Source of the DNA: an uncultured Mycoplasmatota bacterium
Lineage (GTDB): Bacteria > Bacillota_I > Bacilli_A > RF39 > UBA660
NCBI GenBank assembly: GCA_945872435.1
Contig: CAMBYP010000003.1
Span: 1 to 54,108 of the forward strand
Direction: 5' to 3'
Length of the DNA stretch: 54,108 nt
Shown here: positions 52,324 to 54,108 of the stretch, in pieces
Layout: each line of letters opens with the position of its first letter
Numbering within the stretch: the stretch's first letter is position 1
Notes under the pieces: generated by a model
What the model was told of the DNA's origin: nothing
Databases searched by the model: none
What the model saw: only the letters and a program-made list of their open reading frames with translations
Position numbers and translations under genes: made by a program

Positions 52324-53053
52324 GTATTTATATAATAAAAATTCTTTTTTATGTGAAAGAAATATTTATATGAAAATTATTTCTTTTATATTTTTATTTT
52401 TTGCTATTTTTTTGGTACAAGATATTATTTCAGTTTTATATTATACAATTATTTTATTATTTCTTATTTTACTTTCTAATATATCTATTATTTTTTATTT
52501 AAAATTACTGAAACAGAGTGTTTGGGTTTACTGCATTTTATACGTTATTGCTTTAATCAGTGGTATAAATTCCTTAAATAGTGTTATAATGATTTTAAGA
52601 ATTGTATTTTTAGAAATTTTAATTTTCTTATTTGTCTTCACTACTGAAGTAAGTGAAAGTATTGATGGTTTTAAAAATTTGTTAGAACCATTGAATAAAT
52701 TTCGTATTCCAATTCATTATATGTCTTATGCTATAGTTTATATTATGGAATTTATACCAATGTATTTCATTGAAATGAATCAAATAATATTATTGATGAG
52801 AAAGAAAGATGGTCAACTAAAGAAATCATTCACGTTTAGAGTGTATCAAGTAAAACTTTTATTTAGTACTTCTTTTGATAAGACTATCTATCAATTAAAT
52901 CAATTATTTCAATATATGAAATTAAAATTTTATGGAGTGGAAGCAAATAAAACGACAAATAAAAGAAATCAATTAGATTGCTATGATAAATTATATTTCA
53001 TAATACATGTTTTAATATTAATGTTATTTGCAATAAAGGAGACGATAATATGA
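52313..53053 (+). CDS. ecfT: ECF transporter T component (divergent)
   Basis: Hydrophobic protein with FTT...LLEPL..FRIP...FIP pattern; between ecfA2 and truA. Confidence 0.72.
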   Translation: MLNKYLYNKNSFLCERNIYMKIISFIFLFFAIFLVQDIISVLYYTIILLFLILLSNISIIFYLKLLKQSVWVYCILYVIALISGINSLNSVIMILRIVFLEILIFLFVFTTEVSESIDGFKNLLEPLNKFRIPIHYMSYAIVYIMEFIPMYFIEMNQIILLMRKKDGQLKKSFTFRVYQVKLLFSTSFDKTIYQLNQLFQYMKLKFYGVEANKTTNKRNQLDCYDKLYFIIHVLILMLFAIKETII

Positions 53054-53790
53054 GATATTTAATGACTTTTTCCTATGATGGAACAAATTATAAAGGGTAT
53101 CAAAAACAGCCACGTGGTAAAACAATTCAAGGTGAGATTGAAAAAGTATTAGGAAAAGTGAATGGTGAAAAAAAAGTTGATATCCACGCGAGTGGAAGAA
53201 CTGATGCTCATGTACATGCATTAGCGCAAAAAGCACATTTTGACCTCTCTGATAAAATAGATTGTGATAAGTTAAAACATTCTATGAATTCATTATTACC
53301 AGGAGATATTTATGTAAAAGAAATAATTCCTGTTTCTGATACTTTTCATGCACGTTATCATGTAAAAGCAAAAGAATATATTTACCGTATTAATTTGGGA
53401 GAATATGATCCTATTGAAAGAAATTATGTATATCAATATAATAGAAGATTAGATGTAGTAGAAATGGAAAGAGCATTAAAATATATAGAAGGAGAACATG
53501 ATTTCAAGTCATTTACAAAAGCAGATGATGAACATGATGATTATACTCGTCGTATTGTACAAACAAGTATTGTAAGAGATTCTAAAAACGTAAATAAAAT
53601 TACAATTAGTTTTTTAGGAACTGGCTTTTTAAGATATATGGTTCGTAATATTGTAGGTACATTAATTGAAATAGGTGAAGGAAAAAGAAAAAGTGAAGAA
53701 ATTATTGAAATATTAGATGCAAAAGATAGAAGAAAAGCAGGAATGACAGCCTCAGCAGAAGGTTTATATTTAAAAGATGTATTTTATTAA
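53050..53790 (+). CDS. truA: tRNA pseudouridine(38-40) synthase
   Basis: YDGT.YKGYQKQ, SGRTDAHVHA, GFLRYMVRNIVG, AEGLYL. Confidence 0.96.
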   Translation: MRYLMTFSYDGTNYKGYQKQPRGKTIQGEIEKVLGKVNGEKKVDIHASGRTDAHVHALAQKAHFDLSDKIDCDKLKHSMNSLLPGDIYVKEIIPVSDTFHARYHVKAKEYIYRINLGEYDPIERNYVYQYNRRLDVVEMERALKYIEGEHDFKSFTKADDEHDDYTRRIVQTSIVRDSKNVNKITISFLGTGFLRYMVRNIVGTLIEIGEGKRKSEEIIEILDAKDRRKAGMTASAEGLYLKDVFY

Positions 53791-53816
53791 AAAAACTTGG
53801 TGTATGCCAAGTTTTT
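53791..53816. terminator. bidirectional terminator after truA
   Basis: AAAAACTTGG-TGTATG-CCAAGTTTTT between convergent genes. Confidence 0.7.
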
Positions 53817-54108
53817 ATATGATACCATGTGGAATAATTTGAATTGAATATAAATAAAAAATAAGAAGTATAATGATAGCAATAAACGAAAGGGTAAATA
53901 CTGGAGAAAGACAAGAAGGAGATATTTTATCTATCTTTTTCTTTTTTATCTTTTTTTCGACTAAAAAAAGTAGTATTTGATTTGCATAGATTGCATATAA
54001 AACACGAGTTAATATAAAAAGTAACATACTTAATGAAAGAGAATTTGTCCACATAATAATTAAGAAAAAACCCCATATTTCTAAATTAGTTAGTAAAAAA
54101 CTAACAAT
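53815..54108 (-). CDS. 3' part of a membrane protein (truncated by window edge)
   Basis: Frame open from the window end (IVSFLLTNLEIWGFFLIIMWTN...) to a stop at 53815; hydrophobic. Confidence 0.6.
   Translation of the reverse strand: MVSFLLTNLEIWGFFLIIMWTNSLSLSMLLFILTRVLYAIYANQILLFLVEKKIKKKKIDKISPSCLSPVFTLSFIAIIILLIFYLYSIQIIPHGII

Overview
A very AT-rich, origin-proximal core-genome segment from a streamlined Bacilli-like Firmicute. The lineage may be an RF39/Erysipelotrichales-type gut bacterium (inference). It uses the standard code: TGA is a stop. Nearly all genes lie on the + strand. Order: tandem parS sites, a minimal SRP RNA, tadA-dnaX-ybaB-recR-bofA-holB-ricT-trmN6-rsmI-pth-mfd, an IS3/IS150-type element with IRs and a 3-bp TSD, CBS-PPase (minus strand), spoVT, Met T-box-dut-metG, tatD-yabE-rsmA-membrane GNAT, ung-tilS-ftsH, soj-spo0J-mscS-DUF951-abgT-ychF, rpsF-ssb-rpsR, the S10-spc-alpha ribosomal cluster lacking rpmD, two accessory genes, an SDR, a degenerate ecfAAT module and truA. 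I see no convincing new multi-gene system, CRISPR array or prophage. The best leads are a membrane-anchored AAC(6')-Ie-like acetyltransferase coupled to rsmA, Noc-binding sites alongside parS, sporulation genes with sigma-G/sigma-E-like promoters, dUTPase captured under a Met T-box, an acidic SAP/Rho-N-like tail on FtsH and a catalytically eroded ECF module. Family assignments come from recalled motifs and synteny, not from database searches.
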